Of a stretch of DNA of 64,000 nt, positions 29,301 to 39,669 are shown piece by piece. The notes under the pieces were generated by a model. That model was given only the letters and a program-made list of their open reading frames with translations, was not told the DNA's origin and searched no databases. Numbering within the stretch: the stretch's first letter is position 1; the number at the start of each line of letters is the position of its first letter. The position numbers and the translations under genes are program-made. The DNA comes from Flavobacteriales bacterium (GTDB lineage Bacteria; Bacteroidota; Bacteroidia; Flavobacteriales_D; UBA2798): positions 12,299 through 76,298 of the forward strand of contig DATGXI010000095.1 of NCBI GenBank assembly GCA_035299065.1, given 5' to 3'.

Positions 29301-31925
29301 ATGAAAAAACTGCTATTCGTATTTGCTGCGTGTTTATTCGTATCAATTCCCGTTTTAAAATCTCAAACTGTTGACAAGCTACGCTTAACCTTTAATGAAA
29401 AAGAAATTGTTTCAAAACAGGTTGGCACAACTGTTTCGGGCGATGGGAAGCTTATTGCTTTTGCCTATGCCAACCAGGTTATAAAAATAGTAAACATGCG
29501 CAATGGAAAGACATTGCTGAAGTTTAACGGCAATTACAGCAGCCTTTTTGAGATCAGGTTCAATTACAACAGCACAAAACTTATTGCAATTAGTGACAAA
29601 TACCTGGTAACCGTTTACGATGTTGAAACAGGTAAACAAATTCACGATTTAAAAGTATCGCACGAAATTACAAAAATAGCTATTGGAAAAATAAACGACT
29701 ATATTGCTATTGGGCAGTTTAGCTCAGCTTTACTTGTTTACGATCTTCAAAATAAAAAAAATATTCTTGATATATCAGTTGGCCTGCACCACATAAGCGC
29801 CATTGATTTTCATCCGAAGAAAAATGAGATTGCCATTGGCAGAACCAACTTCAGCCGCACGTTTTATTTACCAGACAGGAAAAATGTAAAGATTTATAAC
29901 CTTGAGACCGGTGAAAACACAAAAACGTTTGGCCTGGCAAAATATTCAAGTATGCAATACAGCCCTGATGGCAGCAAATTATACATGTGTGGGATCAGGC
30001 GAAATACCGTACTAACCGTAGCAAAAGCCGGAATGTGTATTGTGCCGGTTGTTGGGTGGATAGGCGCTTATTTTGTACCGGCATTTAATAACGTTGTACA
30101 GTATTATGATTTTGGTGATGATAAAATAAAATCACTCAGTTCAAAATCAAAGTTCAATTCCAATCTTGGATTTACCTCTATGTGCATACAGGACAATTAT
30201 TTTTTATGCAGCCAGGACGGTACGTCATTTGACGTGATTGATATAAGTACCAAAAAGAAAATTTTTACCACGCAAAATGACAAGTACGGGCGTATAAAAA
30301 TCAATTTCTCAAAACTTGGGGTTGGCGTTTCGCGCATATACCCTTTGGCCGACAAGAAACACTTTATCATTAATTCATTTGATAATAACATTGTACGTTT
30401 GTACAACATTGAGCAAAACAGCATAATAGGTTATATTTTTTCAGACGCAAATGATGATTTTGTAACTGTTGGCCGTGACGGAAGGATGGATGGATCAGAA
30501 GAAGCTATTGGAAAATTAGCCTGGCAGGAAAAAATAGTTGGGAAAAAACCCATACCACTTGAATCAACCTTTGACAAATTTTTTACCCCTAACCTGCTTG
30601 CTGCGTTGTTAAAAGGAGAAAAGCTGGAAGCCATTAAACTGGATATTTCAAACCTGAAACCGAGTCCAACGGTTGCGTTTATTACCCCTGCGGTTGATAC
30701 CATTAGTTTTAGAGGGACACCCAAAATTTCACTTGAAACCAACCAGGCTGCTTTAAACCTGGAGTTTAACTCCATTGACATGGGTGGTGGAATTGTTGAA
30801 ATAAAAGTGTTTCAGAATGGCAAACTTGTTTTTAGCGAGAATGAAAACATTCACGAGGTAAATAAAGCACTCAAATCAACCGTAAAACTTGATTTGGTTC
30901 CTGGCGATAACCTGATAAAAATTGTAGCGGTTAACGATGAAAAGACGGAAAGTTCAAAAAGCACGGTTGTAAAATACACAGGCAAGAGTGAGGAACCCAC
31001 CCGATTGTTTGTACTTGCCATTGGCGTAAATAAATACGTAAAATCATCGTATGATTTAAAATACGCGGTTCCTGATGCAACAGGCTTTGTTGAATCACTT
31101 AAAATTGCCTCAAAGGATCTTTTTTCGGAAACAAAAGTATCGCTCATAACCGATGGGCAGGCCACCAAAAAAAATATACTGGCCGAGGTAGATAAAATAA
31201 AAGGCCAGGTAAAACAGGGCGATGTATTTATATTCTATTATGCCGGCCATGGCACAATGACCATTGCCAAAGAGGGCGAACAATCGGTTTTTCACCTTGT
31301 GCCTAATGATGTGACCAATTTTTACAGCAATGAGATGGTAAAAGACAAAGGTATTTCGGCCGATGAGCTCAGGACCATTTCAAAAAACATTGTAGCACAA
31401 AAACAATTGTTCATTTTTGATGCCTGTCAAAGCGGTGGAGCCGTTGAAGCCATTGCCTCAACACGCGGTGCCCTGAATGAAAAAGAAATGGCCAACCTTG
31501 CACGCAGCACCGGAACCTACTTTTTAACGGCAAGCGCATCAGACCAGTTGGCCGGAGAATTTGCTTCACTGGGGCATGGCGTGTTCACCTATGCCATTTT
31601 ACAGGGCTTTACAGGTAAAGCTGATGGCTCGAATGGTGATGCTAAAATTTCGGTGAAAGAATTATCGTTGTATGTAGAAAATGCTGTTCCTGATCTTTCA
31701 GAAAAATTCAAGGGACAAAAACAATTCCCGGTGAGCTATGGTTATGGCCAGGATTTTCCCGTTGTACTTGGCAATGTTTATAAAATGAAAGATGTTGGCA
31801 CAAACATAGGCAAGTACTCGGCCCTTTCACTGGAAGAACTTACACGACTCAAAAAAGAAGCAGTAGAAGCCGAGGATTATGACAGGGCCAAGGAGTTGAA
31901 AGAAGAGATTGAGCGAAGGAAATAA
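29301..31925 (+). CDS. Exported WD40 beta-propeller + Ig-like + caspase-like (peptidase C14) + UVR-motif protein
   Basis: Signal peptide; WD40-like blades; C14 dyad YYAGHG and FDACQSG; LFVLAIGVNKY and LKYAVPDA; C-terminal LKKEAVEAEDYDRAKELKEEI (UvrB/C motif). Confidence 0.88.
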   Translation: MKKLLFVFAACLFVSIPVLKSQTVDKLRLTFNEKEIVSKQVGTTVSGDGKLIAFAYANQVIKIVNMRNGKTLLKFNGNYSSLFEIRFNYNSTKLIAISDKYLVTVYDVETGKQIHDLKVSHEITKIAIGKINDYIAIGQFSSALLVYDLQNKKNILDISVGLHHISAIDFHPKKNEIAIGRTNFSRTFYLPDRKNVKIYNLETGENTKTFGLAKYSSMQYSPDGSKLYMCGIRRNTVLTVAKAGMCIVPVVGWIGAYFVPAFNNVVQYYDFGDDKIKSLSSKSKFNSNLGFTSMCIQDNYFLCSQDGTSFDVIDISTKKKIFTTQNDKYGRIKINFSKLGVGVSRIYPLADKKHFIINSFDNNIVRLYNIEQNSIIGYIFSDANDDFVTVGRDGRMDGSEEAIGKLAWQEKIVGKKPIPLESTFDKFFTPNLLAALLKGEKLEAIKLDISNLKPSPTVAFITPAVDTISFRGTPKISLETNQAALNLEFNSIDMGGGIVEIKVFQNGKLVFSENENIHEVNKALKSTVKLDLVPGDNLIKIVAVNDEKTESSKSTVVKYTGKSEEPTRLFVLAIGVNKYVKSSYDLKYAVPDATGFVESLKIASKDLFSETKVSLITDGQATKKNILAEVDKIKGQVKQGDVFIFYYAGHGTMTIAKEGEQSVFHLVPNDVTNFYSNEMVKDKGISADELRTISKNIVAQKQLFIFDACQSGGAVEAIASTRGALNEKEMANLARSTGTYFLTASASDQLAGEFASLGHGVFTYAILQGFTGKADGSNGDAKISVKELSLYVENAVPDLSEKFKGQKQFPVSYGYGQDFPVVLGNVYKMKDVGTNIGKYSALSLEELTRLKKEAVEAEDYDRAKELKEEIERRK

Positions 31926-31971
31926 ATAAGCCCGTGAGCTGAAAGGTTAATGCCTTAATTAAACGCGTGCA

Positions 31972-33696
31972 TCAACTCATTTTAATGTCTTTAATGCTTA
32001 ACTGCAATTTTATTTTTCCCTGCCATTCGTTTTCTTCAATGGAAAAAGCAATGTCAAACGGCCTGCCATCACGTACTTTTTCATAGAAGTGGCCAAGGCC
32101 AAAACCAATGGCATCAATACGCAATTGTGGATTTGATGCCTGGTACAGCCAGCATTTCAAATGCGAGTCGCCAAGTATTTTGGCATAACCTGCGTCCATT
32201 ACACCTTTGGCCACAAAAACAGGATTAAAATTTTCAGGACCAAACGGGGCCATTTGTTTTAAGATGCGGTAGAATTTAGGAAGGCCTTCCACCATTTCTT
32301 CAAACAACACATCAAAATTAATTTCGCCATCAACTTCAATAGATGGTATGAGCATGTCTTCGGTAATGGATTCGCTTACAATTTTTTCAAAACGCTGTCT
32401 GAACGGTTCAATGTTTTCAGTTTTTATGGTAAGGCCTGCAGCGTATTTATGACCACCAAATTGCTCAAGCAAATCGGCACACTGTTCAATTGCGGCATGC
32501 ACATCAAAATCTTTTACACTACGGGCCGAACCTGTTGCCTTGCCATTTGAATTGGTGAGCATAATGGTTGGGCGATAATAATGTTCGGTTACCCTTGAAG
32601 CAACAATGCCAATTACGCCTTTGTGCCATTCGGCATTGTATAAAACAGTTGTCTTGCTTTTTTCATAGCCAGGATTTTCTTTTATGAGCGCCAGTGCCTC
32701 CTGGGTAATTTTTTTGTCAAGAATTCTTCGTTCAATGTTGTTTTCATTTATAAGTGATGCAAACTCCATGGCCTTTTCTTCGTTGGCCGATATAAGCAAT
32801 TCAACCGCAAACCGCCCGCTGGTGATGCGTCCTGCTGCGTTAATGCGCGGACCTATAACAAAAAGCAAGTCGGTTATGGTTATTTCTTTTTCCTTTTTAC
32901 TTACCTGCAGAAGTGTTTTTAACCCGAGTGAAGGCGATTCATTTAATTTTTTAATGCCGTAGTAAGCCAGTATTCGGTTTTCACCCGTAAGCGGCACAAT
33001 GTCGGCCGCAATGCTTACCGCACAAAAATCAATGAATTCCATTAACCTTGATTCATCCTTTTTGTTTGCGCTTGTCCATGCCTGCATAAATTTGAAACCA
33101 ACACCACAACCTGATAATTCCTTGTAGGGATAGTTGCAATCGTTGCGTTTTGGGTCCAGTATAATACCATCAGGCAATGTTTCGCCAGGCAAATGGTGAT
33201 CGCAAACAATAAAATCAACACCTTTTTGTTTTGCGTAGTCAATTTTATCATGCGCCTTTATGCCACAGTCAAGCGCAATAATAAGTGTCATGCCATTGTC
33301 GGCAGCATAGTCAATTCCTTTAAGGGAAATGCCGTACCCCTCGGTATACCGGTCGGGAATATAAAAATCAAGCTGGTTGTAATACTGCAGCAAATACGAG
33401 TATACAAGCGCTACTGATGTAGTTCCATCCACGTCATAATCGCCAAAAACAAGAACCTTCTCATTGTTAGCAATTGCTTTGTTAAGGCGTTCAACAGCCT
33501 GGTTCATTCCAGCCATTAAAAACGGATCGTGTAAATGAGCTAATTGCGGACGAAAAAAAAGTTGTGCATCGGCCTTGTTTAAAATACCCCGGGCTACCAG
33601 TACGGCAGCCAGATTTTTGTGTATATTTAAATCCTGTGCCAAGAGGTTAACGGTGTTTTCATCAGGATTACCTGCTTTTAGCCATCTTTTTTGCAT
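31972..33696 (-). CDS. recJ: Single-stranded-DNA exonuclease RecJ
   Basis: GDYDVDG, DCGI, DHH, GPRINAAGR, GSARS and FGGHKYAAG motifs. Confidence 0.97.
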   Translation of the reverse strand: MQKRWLKAGNPDENTVNLLAQDLNIHKNLAAVLVARGILNKADAQLFFRPQLAHLHDPFLMAGMNQAVERLNKAIANNEKVLVFGDYDVDGTTSVALVYSYLLQYYNQLDFYIPDRYTEGYGISLKGIDYAADNGMTLIIALDCGIKAHDKIDYAKQKGVDFIVCDHHLPGETLPDGIILDPKRNDCNYPYKELSGCGVGFKFMQAWTSANKKDESRLMEFIDFCAVSIAADIVPLTGENRILAYYGIKKLNESPSLGLKTLLQVSKKEKEITITDLLFVIGPRINAAGRITSGRFAVELLISANEEKAMEFASLINENNIERRILDKKITQEALALIKENPGYEKSKTTVLYNAEWHKGVIGIVASRVTEHYYRPTIMLTNSNGKATGSARSVKDFDVHAAIEQCADLLEQFGGHKYAAGLTIKTENIEPFRQRFEKIVSESITEDMLIPSIEVDGEINFDVLFEEMVEGLPKFYRILKQMAPFGPENFNPVFVAKGVMDAGYAKILGDSHLKCWLYQASNPQLRIDAIGFGLGHFYEKVRDGRPFDIAFSIEENEWQGKIKLQLSIKDIKMS

Positions 33697-33705
33697 AAAT
33701 TAAAT

Positions 33706-34386
33706 ATGAAATTAAAAGTAAGAAAAATTTTTCTCATGATATTGGTCCAGTGGGTGGGGTTAATAACTTGTTTTGGCCAGGACCCCAGTGACTTTTATTT
33801 CAAAGAGGCGCAACCCCGTAAAGAAGATGAGATAACCCGTTTTCCTGGTAATATTCGTGGTTTATACAAGAGTGATAAGGATTCCACCAAACGTTTGCGC
33901 ATTACTGGTGACACCATTTCAATTGAAGTGCCGTTTATGCAGTTTGCCACATTGTCAGAAATTGGTAAAAAAAATTATGCCTTCAGGGATTCCGTATTGG
34001 TAACTCCAAAAGGAAAAGAGCTCAGGTGCCTGTTAAAAAGCGATACAGTTTATTTCATTGACTATGCTACTTCGGTTTTGTTTGCCTGCAATGAAACCCA
34101 GGTTATAAAACGGGTGGATGACGTATATGTACTAAGCAAGCGAAAAGACGATGAGAAATGGGAATGCCTGCTTATTTACCAGGAAAACGCAAAACTATGT
34201 GTGGCCTATTTTGATTTTGATAAAAAACAGAAGGAGTTGATGGACAATAAACGAATTGAAAAAATTAAGAATGGTGAGGAAAATTATTTTCTGGCCAACC
34301 TGAAGAAAAAAGATTTTATTAAATTGGTAGATAACAATTATTTTCCAACCAAACTGTATTATACCAAGCGATTTGACTGGCAGTGA
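33706..34386 (+). CDS. Exported hypothetical protein
   Basis: ATG 33706 gives a signal peptide (MKLKVRKIFLMILVQWVGLITCFG-Q); its stop overlaps the next GTG. Confidence 0.65.
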   Translation: MKLKVRKIFLMILVQWVGLITCFGQDPSDFYFKEAQPRKEDEITRFPGNIRGLYKSDKDSTKRLRITGDTISIEVPFMQFATLSEIGKKNYAFRDSVLVTPKGKELRCLLKSDTVYFIDYATSVLFACNETQVIKRVDDVYVLSKRKDDEKWECLLIYQENAKLCVAYFDFDKKQKELMDNKRIEKIKNGEENYFLANLKKKDFIKLVDNNYFPTKLYYTKRFDWQ

Positions 34387-37300
34387 TACGCATTCGGTTT
34401 ACACGATATAATTTATTTTTCACAGCCCTTGTATTGATGGTTGTACCTGAAATTTTTTTCAGGGCTGGACTCCTCAAAACTTCTGATAAGGAAATTGAAG
34501 CCGAAATAACCCGTTACATGGATGCGAAACTGGCCGTTGCGCGGGTATCGCTAACCACTATACTTGATGCGCCTGAAAAGCCGGCAAGCGTCAGTAACGT
34601 AAATCCATTTTATCTTTTATACGAAAAGTCACGCCTCAAATGGTGGAGCGGCAATCATACACCTTATGTGCGCCTTAGCGAATTGAACCAACACCCCGGC
34701 ACACTTGAATTCAAAGACCTTGGGAATGGCTATTACGTTACCTTGTCAAAGATAAAAGACAACTATACAGCCGTAGCGCTGGTACGGCTTTTCAGGAAAT
34801 ACAAATTCTCCAATTCATACCTTGAACATAAATTCTCCAATTCGCTTAATATTCCCGAAGGAATTAGCATAAAGGCCCTTGGCGAAAAAAAAGAAAAAGG
34901 AGACAGGATATTTTCATATCATGGAAAAAAATTGTTTTACATCACAGCGCAGGAGTCGGCCGAAACTGTTGAAATAAGCGGAATTATTTTTGCTATACAA
35001 ATCCTGGGCATTTTTCTTTTGTTCCTTTCGTGTGTGAATTTCGGTTTTTTACTGGCACACCGCTCGCCTTATATTGCCACTGGACTTATATTACTCCTGT
35101 TATTTACACTTAAGTTCCTGCTTTCGGTGTTTAGCCCATTGAGTTTAATTAAACAGTCAGACAGTTTTAATCCCGAGATTTTCGCGAGCAATGCCATGGA
35201 CCCTTCCTTAGGCGACCTGCTCCTGTCATTTCTTGCTGTATTTTGTTGCGGACTTTTCTTTTACCGGGTGTATTTCCTGTTTTTGCAAGGTAATAAAAGG
35301 CGATTTTTCTTTTATGTGACGGTTTCGTGCCTGCTTATGATAGGTTGTGAGTATTATTTACTGGCAGGTTTAAAAAACCTTGTCTTGAATTCCAAAATTG
35401 ATTTCTTTTTCAAAAACATCAACTCACTTAACACCTATACCATAATTGGGGTGTGTGCATTGGGCTTTGGATTATTTACACAATTGTTTTTATTAAGCAG
35501 GCTGCGCAATTTCTATCACCAGTACCCGCCCATGATACGCCTACAAGCCTTGCTTCACATTGCTTTTATTCTTGTCATGTACAAATACTGGGGCGGCCAG
35601 TACGTTTGGCATTTTTCTCTTTTTTCACTTCTGCTGTTGCTTTACATTGCCTGGCCTAACCGAATAGCGTTAAGCCCGTTTAATTCAACCTCAATTGTTC
35701 TGATTGTATTTTCAATTATTGCTGCCACTATATTTTATGAATCCACCAAGGGCGAGGAACATGAAGAACGACAGGTTTTGGCGGGGCATTTGGCCGACAC
35801 CAGCGATCCTGACCTTGTAATTGAGTTTAATTCATTTGTAGATAAAATAAGTGCTGACCGGTTTTTTTACGCTTCAACGCAATTGGGATTGCAAAATACC
35901 TTTGAAAATGTAAACAGTTATCTTGACAAAAAATATTTTGACAAGGTTCTTAAAGACTGGGACGTAAATTACAAACTATTTTTAGACGATTCAACCTCTG
36001 TTTACCCCGAGCATTACCGCGCCAGGGATTATGCACGCCATGCGCGAACCATGGCCTTAAGTGGCAAAAACACCGAGTCAAAACATCTTTATTTTATTTT
36101 CAATAAACACGATAAACTGGATTACCTTGCTTTTATTCCGCTCACGCAAATTAGCAATGAAGCAAAGCTTATTGTGGAATTCAGGTCAAAAAATGTTCCT
36201 GACAGAACCGGGTTCCAGGAGTTAATGACCAACAACAACCAGTTTTATTCCAAGCTGCTATCGGAATATTCCTACATACGGTTTGTGAACAATAACGTGG
36301 TTGACCAGCGGGGCGATTTTTTGTACAAAATAGCTGCAAGCGAGTATGATCAGTATAAGAAAAAAGTTCAGTTTTATTCAGACAGGGAGTACGAGCATTT
36401 GCTTTACAGGCCAACAGCCGATTCGTTTGTGATCATTTCACGCCCGCTTACAGGATGGTTGACACACGTTACGTCTTTCTCTTATATTTTGATCCTGTTT
36501 GCATTTGAATTCGCCTTAATCTCATTGTTTCTGTATAACAAAAAAATCAAGAACAGCTTTTTTAACCTGAGTGCTAAAATTCAGCTTGCGTTTATTGCAC
36601 TTACCATTTTGGCCATGACGCTTTTTGGATTAACCACCCAATACGCCATCAGCAGTGAATATTCAGTTAAGAATTTTAATTTACTGGCCGAGAAGCTCCA
36701 GTCAGTCAAAACTGAGATTGACCAACGCCTGGCAACCGCATCGAGCATAACACCGGCCGATAAAAAACACCTGGAAGTGCAACTTGAAAGGTTATCGCGC
36801 GTGTTTTTTACCGACATTAATTTTTACAATGAAAAAGGAATGCTGGTTGAAAGTTCGGCCAATAAGTTATACCGCTACAAAATTCTGACGCCCCTCATGA
36901 ACAACAAAGCCTACAATGAGTTAATTGTAAAAGGCAATCCCCGCTTTGTGCAGGAAGAGTCCATTGGCAACCTTGATTACTTAGCGGGTTACTTACCGTA
37001 TTACAACGATTCAAAAAAACTATTGGGTTACATACATATTCCTTTATTTGAACAGCGAAACACGGCCAACAATGAATTTTCATCGCTCCTTATGGCCATC
37101 ATCAATATTTTTGTTGTATTGTTTGCCTTTACCATTTTACTCTCCGTAATTGTTACGCAAATTATTATTTCACCCTTGCGAAATATACGTGAAAACATTG
37201 CAAAAATGCAATTGAACAAAGTAAACAAACCCATTTTGTATAAAGGCAAGGACGAGTTGGCTGATTTGGTAAAAGAATACAACAACAAGGTTGCCGAATT

Positions 37301-38000
37301 AGAAAAATTTGCCTTTTACCTGGCACAAAGTGAACGGGAAAGTGCCTGGCGGGAAATGGCCAAGCAAGTGGCGCATGAAATTAAAAACCCGTTAACCCCC
37401 ATGAAGCTGAACATTCAGCACATGCAGCGTTCACTTAAAAAAGATGATCCTGACTTTGAAACCAAACTGGCAAAAATATCGCAATCACTTATTGAACAAA
37501 TTGACACCCTTACCAATATTGCAAGTGAATTTTCAAACCTTGCCAAAATGCCCGGCAGTAAATTTGAACGCATTGATTACAGGCATTTGGTTGAAGGCGT
37601 TATTGAATTGTATGCCGATGATGACTCTACCCTTGTACAACTTGAGAACAAAGCCGGAGATGTATTTGTGAATGCCGATAAGGAACAACTATTGCGTGTA
37701 CTGAATAACCTTGTAAAAAATGCACAGCAGGCCATTCCTGAAAACACAAAAGGAAAAATTACGATTCGCCTTGAAAAACAGGAAAACAAAATTTACACCT
37801 ATGTAATTGATAATGGTGCCGGAATAAGTGATGAGCAAAAAGAAAAAATATTCCAGCCAAACTTTACTACCAAGTCAACCGGTTCGGGTCTTGGGTTAAC
37901 AATGGTGAAAAACATTATTGAGCAACACGGGGGTACCATTTATTTTGAAACAAATGCAGGGTTGGGCACTACCTTTATTTTTGTATTGCCAGCTCTTTAA
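34383..38000 (+). CDS. Large multi-TM sensor histidine kinase (HAMP-HisKA-HATPase, NtrY-like)
   Basis: MAKQVAHEIKNPLTP H-box, NLVKNA N-box, DNGAGI and GSGLGL G-boxes; HAMP (KDELADLVKEYN); many TM segments. Confidence 0.93.
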   Translation: MIRIRFTRYNLFFTALVLMVVPEIFFRAGLLKTSDKEIEAEITRYMDAKLAVARVSLTTILDAPEKPASVSNVNPFYLLYEKSRLKWWSGNHTPYVRLSELNQHPGTLEFKDLGNGYYVTLSKIKDNYTAVALVRLFRKYKFSNSYLEHKFSNSLNIPEGISIKALGEKKEKGDRIFSYHGKKLFYITAQESAETVEISGIIFAIQILGIFLLFLSCVNFGFLLAHRSPYIATGLILLLLFTLKFLLSVFSPLSLIKQSDSFNPEIFASNAMDPSLGDLLLSFLAVFCCGLFFYRVYFLFLQGNKRRFFFYVTVSCLLMIGCEYYLLAGLKNLVLNSKIDFFFKNINSLNTYTIIGVCALGFGLFTQLFLLSRLRNFYHQYPPMIRLQALLHIAFILVMYKYWGGQYVWHFSLFSLLLLLYIAWPNRIALSPFNSTSIVLIVFSIIAATIFYESTKGEEHEERQVLAGHLADTSDPDLVIEFNSFVDKISADRFFYASTQLGLQNTFENVNSYLDKKYFDKVLKDWDVNYKLFLDDSTSVYPEHYRARDYARHARTMALSGKNTESKHLYFIFNKHDKLDYLAFIPLTQISNEAKLIVEFRSKNVPDRTGFQELMTNNNQFYSKLLSEYSYIRFVNNNVVDQRGDFLYKIAASEYDQYKKKVQFYSDREYEHLLYRPTADSFVIISRPLTGWLTHVTSFSYILILFAFEFALISLFLYNKKIKNSFFNLSAKIQLAFIALTILAMTLFGLTTQYAISSEYSVKNFNLLAEKLQSVKTEIDQRLATASSITPADKKHLEVQLERLSRVFFTDINFYNEKGMLVESSANKLYRYKILTPLMNNKAYNELIVKGNPRFVQEESIGNLDYLAGYLPYYNDSKKLLGYIHIPLFEQRNTANNEFSSLLMAIINIFVVLFAFTILLSVIVTQIIISPLRNIRENIAKMQLNKVNKPILYKGKDELADLVKEYNNKVAELEKFAFYLAQSERESAWREMAKQVAHEIKNPLTPMKLNIQHMQRSLKKDDPDFETKLAKISQSLIEQIDTLTNIASEFSNLAKMPGSKFERIDYRHLVEGVIELYADDDSTLVQLENKAGDVFVNADKEQLLRVLNNLVKNAQQAIPENTKGKITIRLEKQENKIYTYVIDNGAGISDEQKEKIFQPNFTTKSTGSGLGLTMVKNIIEQHGGTIYFETNAGLGTTFIFVLPAL

Positions 38001-38098
38001 GAATTAGAATGCAATTCAGATCACTGATCATGTTGATTTGACATGATTTTTATGCCTTCCAGGCATTCTATCGCAAACAAAAGTGAAGTGTTCCTGAT

Positions 38099-38797
38099 CT
38101 AATAACTAACCGGTATTTTGTACAAACTTCTGCCTTTTCCCTGGTTCAGGAACATGGTGTCGTTTTCAATGTATTTTGTTTCGTTTGTACCAAATTTAAT
38201 CCATGTTATGCTGTCCTGTTTACGCCAGCTGCCCTGGTTCATGGTGCATAATAAATACGAAAAATAAGTCCTTGCTTTTCCGCCCTGCAGCAATACATAA
38301 TGATCTTTTAACGGTTGTCCATCGTCAACACATTCCCAAACAATTTTTTCGGCATACCATTTTTGCATATTTTGTTCAACATTGCGAACGGCAACCTGCA
38401 TTTTTTCATCAACATTGAATCTTTTGTTTTTATGTGCTTCGGTTAAATAAAAATAAGCCGAAACCTGGGTAAGCACAAAATAAATATCGGCTGAAACGAA
38501 TTTTTGCTTTCGAGCATTTAAATAGCCAATCATTTTACCCGGATTGAATTCCTTTCTGGTAAGCTCGGCCCATATTTCTTCATACTCCTGCAGGGTAAAA
38601 TCCAGGCCATCCTTTTCCATCCATTTATCCAGCAATGAATCTTTGATTTGTTTACTTTCTTTGATACTCCAACCGGTATCAGCCAATGTAGCCGTATCTT
38701 TTGCCTGAACAACACCAGTGTGTGACGGTTTATTGCTGTTTCCACATGCATAAAGCAATACCACCACCAGTACCCAGTTGAAACCACGTTTACTCAT
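38099..38797 (-). CDS. Hypothetical lipoprotein
   Basis: Lipobox VLLYA-C; 232 aa. Confidence 0.7.
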   Translation of the reverse strand: MSKRGFNWVLVVVLLYACGNSNKPSHTGVVQAKDTATLADTGWSIKESKQIKDSLLDKWMEKDGLDFTLQEYEEIWAELTRKEFNPGKMIGYLNARKQKFVSADIYFVLTQVSAYFYLTEAHKNKRFNVDEKMQVAVRNVEQNMQKWYAEKIVWECVDDGQPLKDHYVLLQGGKARTYFSYLLCTMNQGSWRKQDSITWIKFGTNETKYIENDTMFLNQGKGRSLYKIPVSY

Positions 38798-38862
38798 TTA
38801 CATAACTTTAGGTAAGAAACGAAAAAAGAACCGAATTCTTGTCCGCCATGGCATAAAAATAA

Positions 38863-38870
38863 TATTTTTG
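38863..38870 (+). promoter_or_regulatory. -7 promoter element for the enoyl-CoA hydratase gene
   Basis: TATTTTTG, 19 nt upstream of ATG 38890. Confidence 0.6.
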
Positions 38871-38889
38871 ACTAACTAAATTACTGACC

Positions 38890-39669
38890 ATGTCAACATA
38901 CACCAATTTACTTGTAAGAACGGAAAATAAAATCTGTTACATCACCATTAATCGCCCTGATAAGCTAAATGCGCTTAACAAAATAACCATTGATGAATTA
39001 AATAAAGCATTTACCAATGCTAACAATGATGCGGCAGTACGTGTTATTATTTTGACTGGATCAGGTGAAAAAGCATTTGTTGCCGGGGCTGACATAAGTG
39101 AATTTGCTTCGTTTAGTGTTGAGCAAGGCAAATTGCTGGCAGCTGAAGGCCAGAAAAAATTATTTGATCATGTAGAAAATTCAAATAAACCGGTAATTGC
39201 AGCCGTAAACGGCTTTGCGCTTGGTGGTGGACTTGAACTTGCCATGAGCGCGCATATACGCGTGGCCAGCGACAATTCAAAAATGGGATTGCCCGAAGTG
39301 TCGCTGGGTGTAATTCCCGGGTATGGAGGCACCCAACGTTTGGCCCAGCTGGTTGGAAAAGGAAAAGCATTTGAAATGATATTTACAGCAGGTATGATTG
39401 ATGCCAACGAAGCCAAACAATACGGTTTAGTGAATCATGTTACCACCCCGGTTGATTTAATGGCAAAATGCGAAGAAATAGCTGCTAAAATCATTAAAAA
39501 CTCCGGAATGGCCATTGGATCAGCCATACGCAGTGTAAATGCAGGGTTTAAAAACGGCATGAATGGGTTTGAAGAAGAGATTATTGAATTTGGTAAATGC
39601 TTTGGAACCCCTGAGTTTGTTGAAGGAACAACAGCTTTTTTGGAAAAGCGCAAGCCTGCGTTTAATTAG
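38890..39669 (+). CDS. Enoyl-CoA hydratase/isomerase (crotonase family)
   Basis: ITINRPDKLNAL, AFVAGADI, NGFALGGGLELAM and GLPEVSLGVIPGYGGTQRL motifs. Confidence 0.96.
   Translation: MSTYTNLLVRTENKICYITINRPDKLNALNKITIDELNKAFTNANNDAAVRVIILTGSGEKAFVAGADISEFASFSVEQGKLLAAEGQKKLFDHVENSNKPVIAAVNGFALGGGLELAMSAHIRVASDNSKMGLPEVSLGVIPGYGGTQRLAQLVGKGKAFEMIFTAGMIDANEAKQYGLVNHVTTPVDLMAKCEEIAAKIIKNSGMAIGSAIRSVNAGFKNGMNGFEEEIIEFGKCFGTPEFVEGTTAFLEKRKPAFN

Noticed and set aside
28200-31925. CPBP ('Abi') plus caspase read as an anti-phage caspase-gasdermin system
   Set aside because: No gasdermin, CHAT, TIR or NLR-type gene is nearby; the caspase has a signal peptide; CPBP membership alone does not imply abortive infection.
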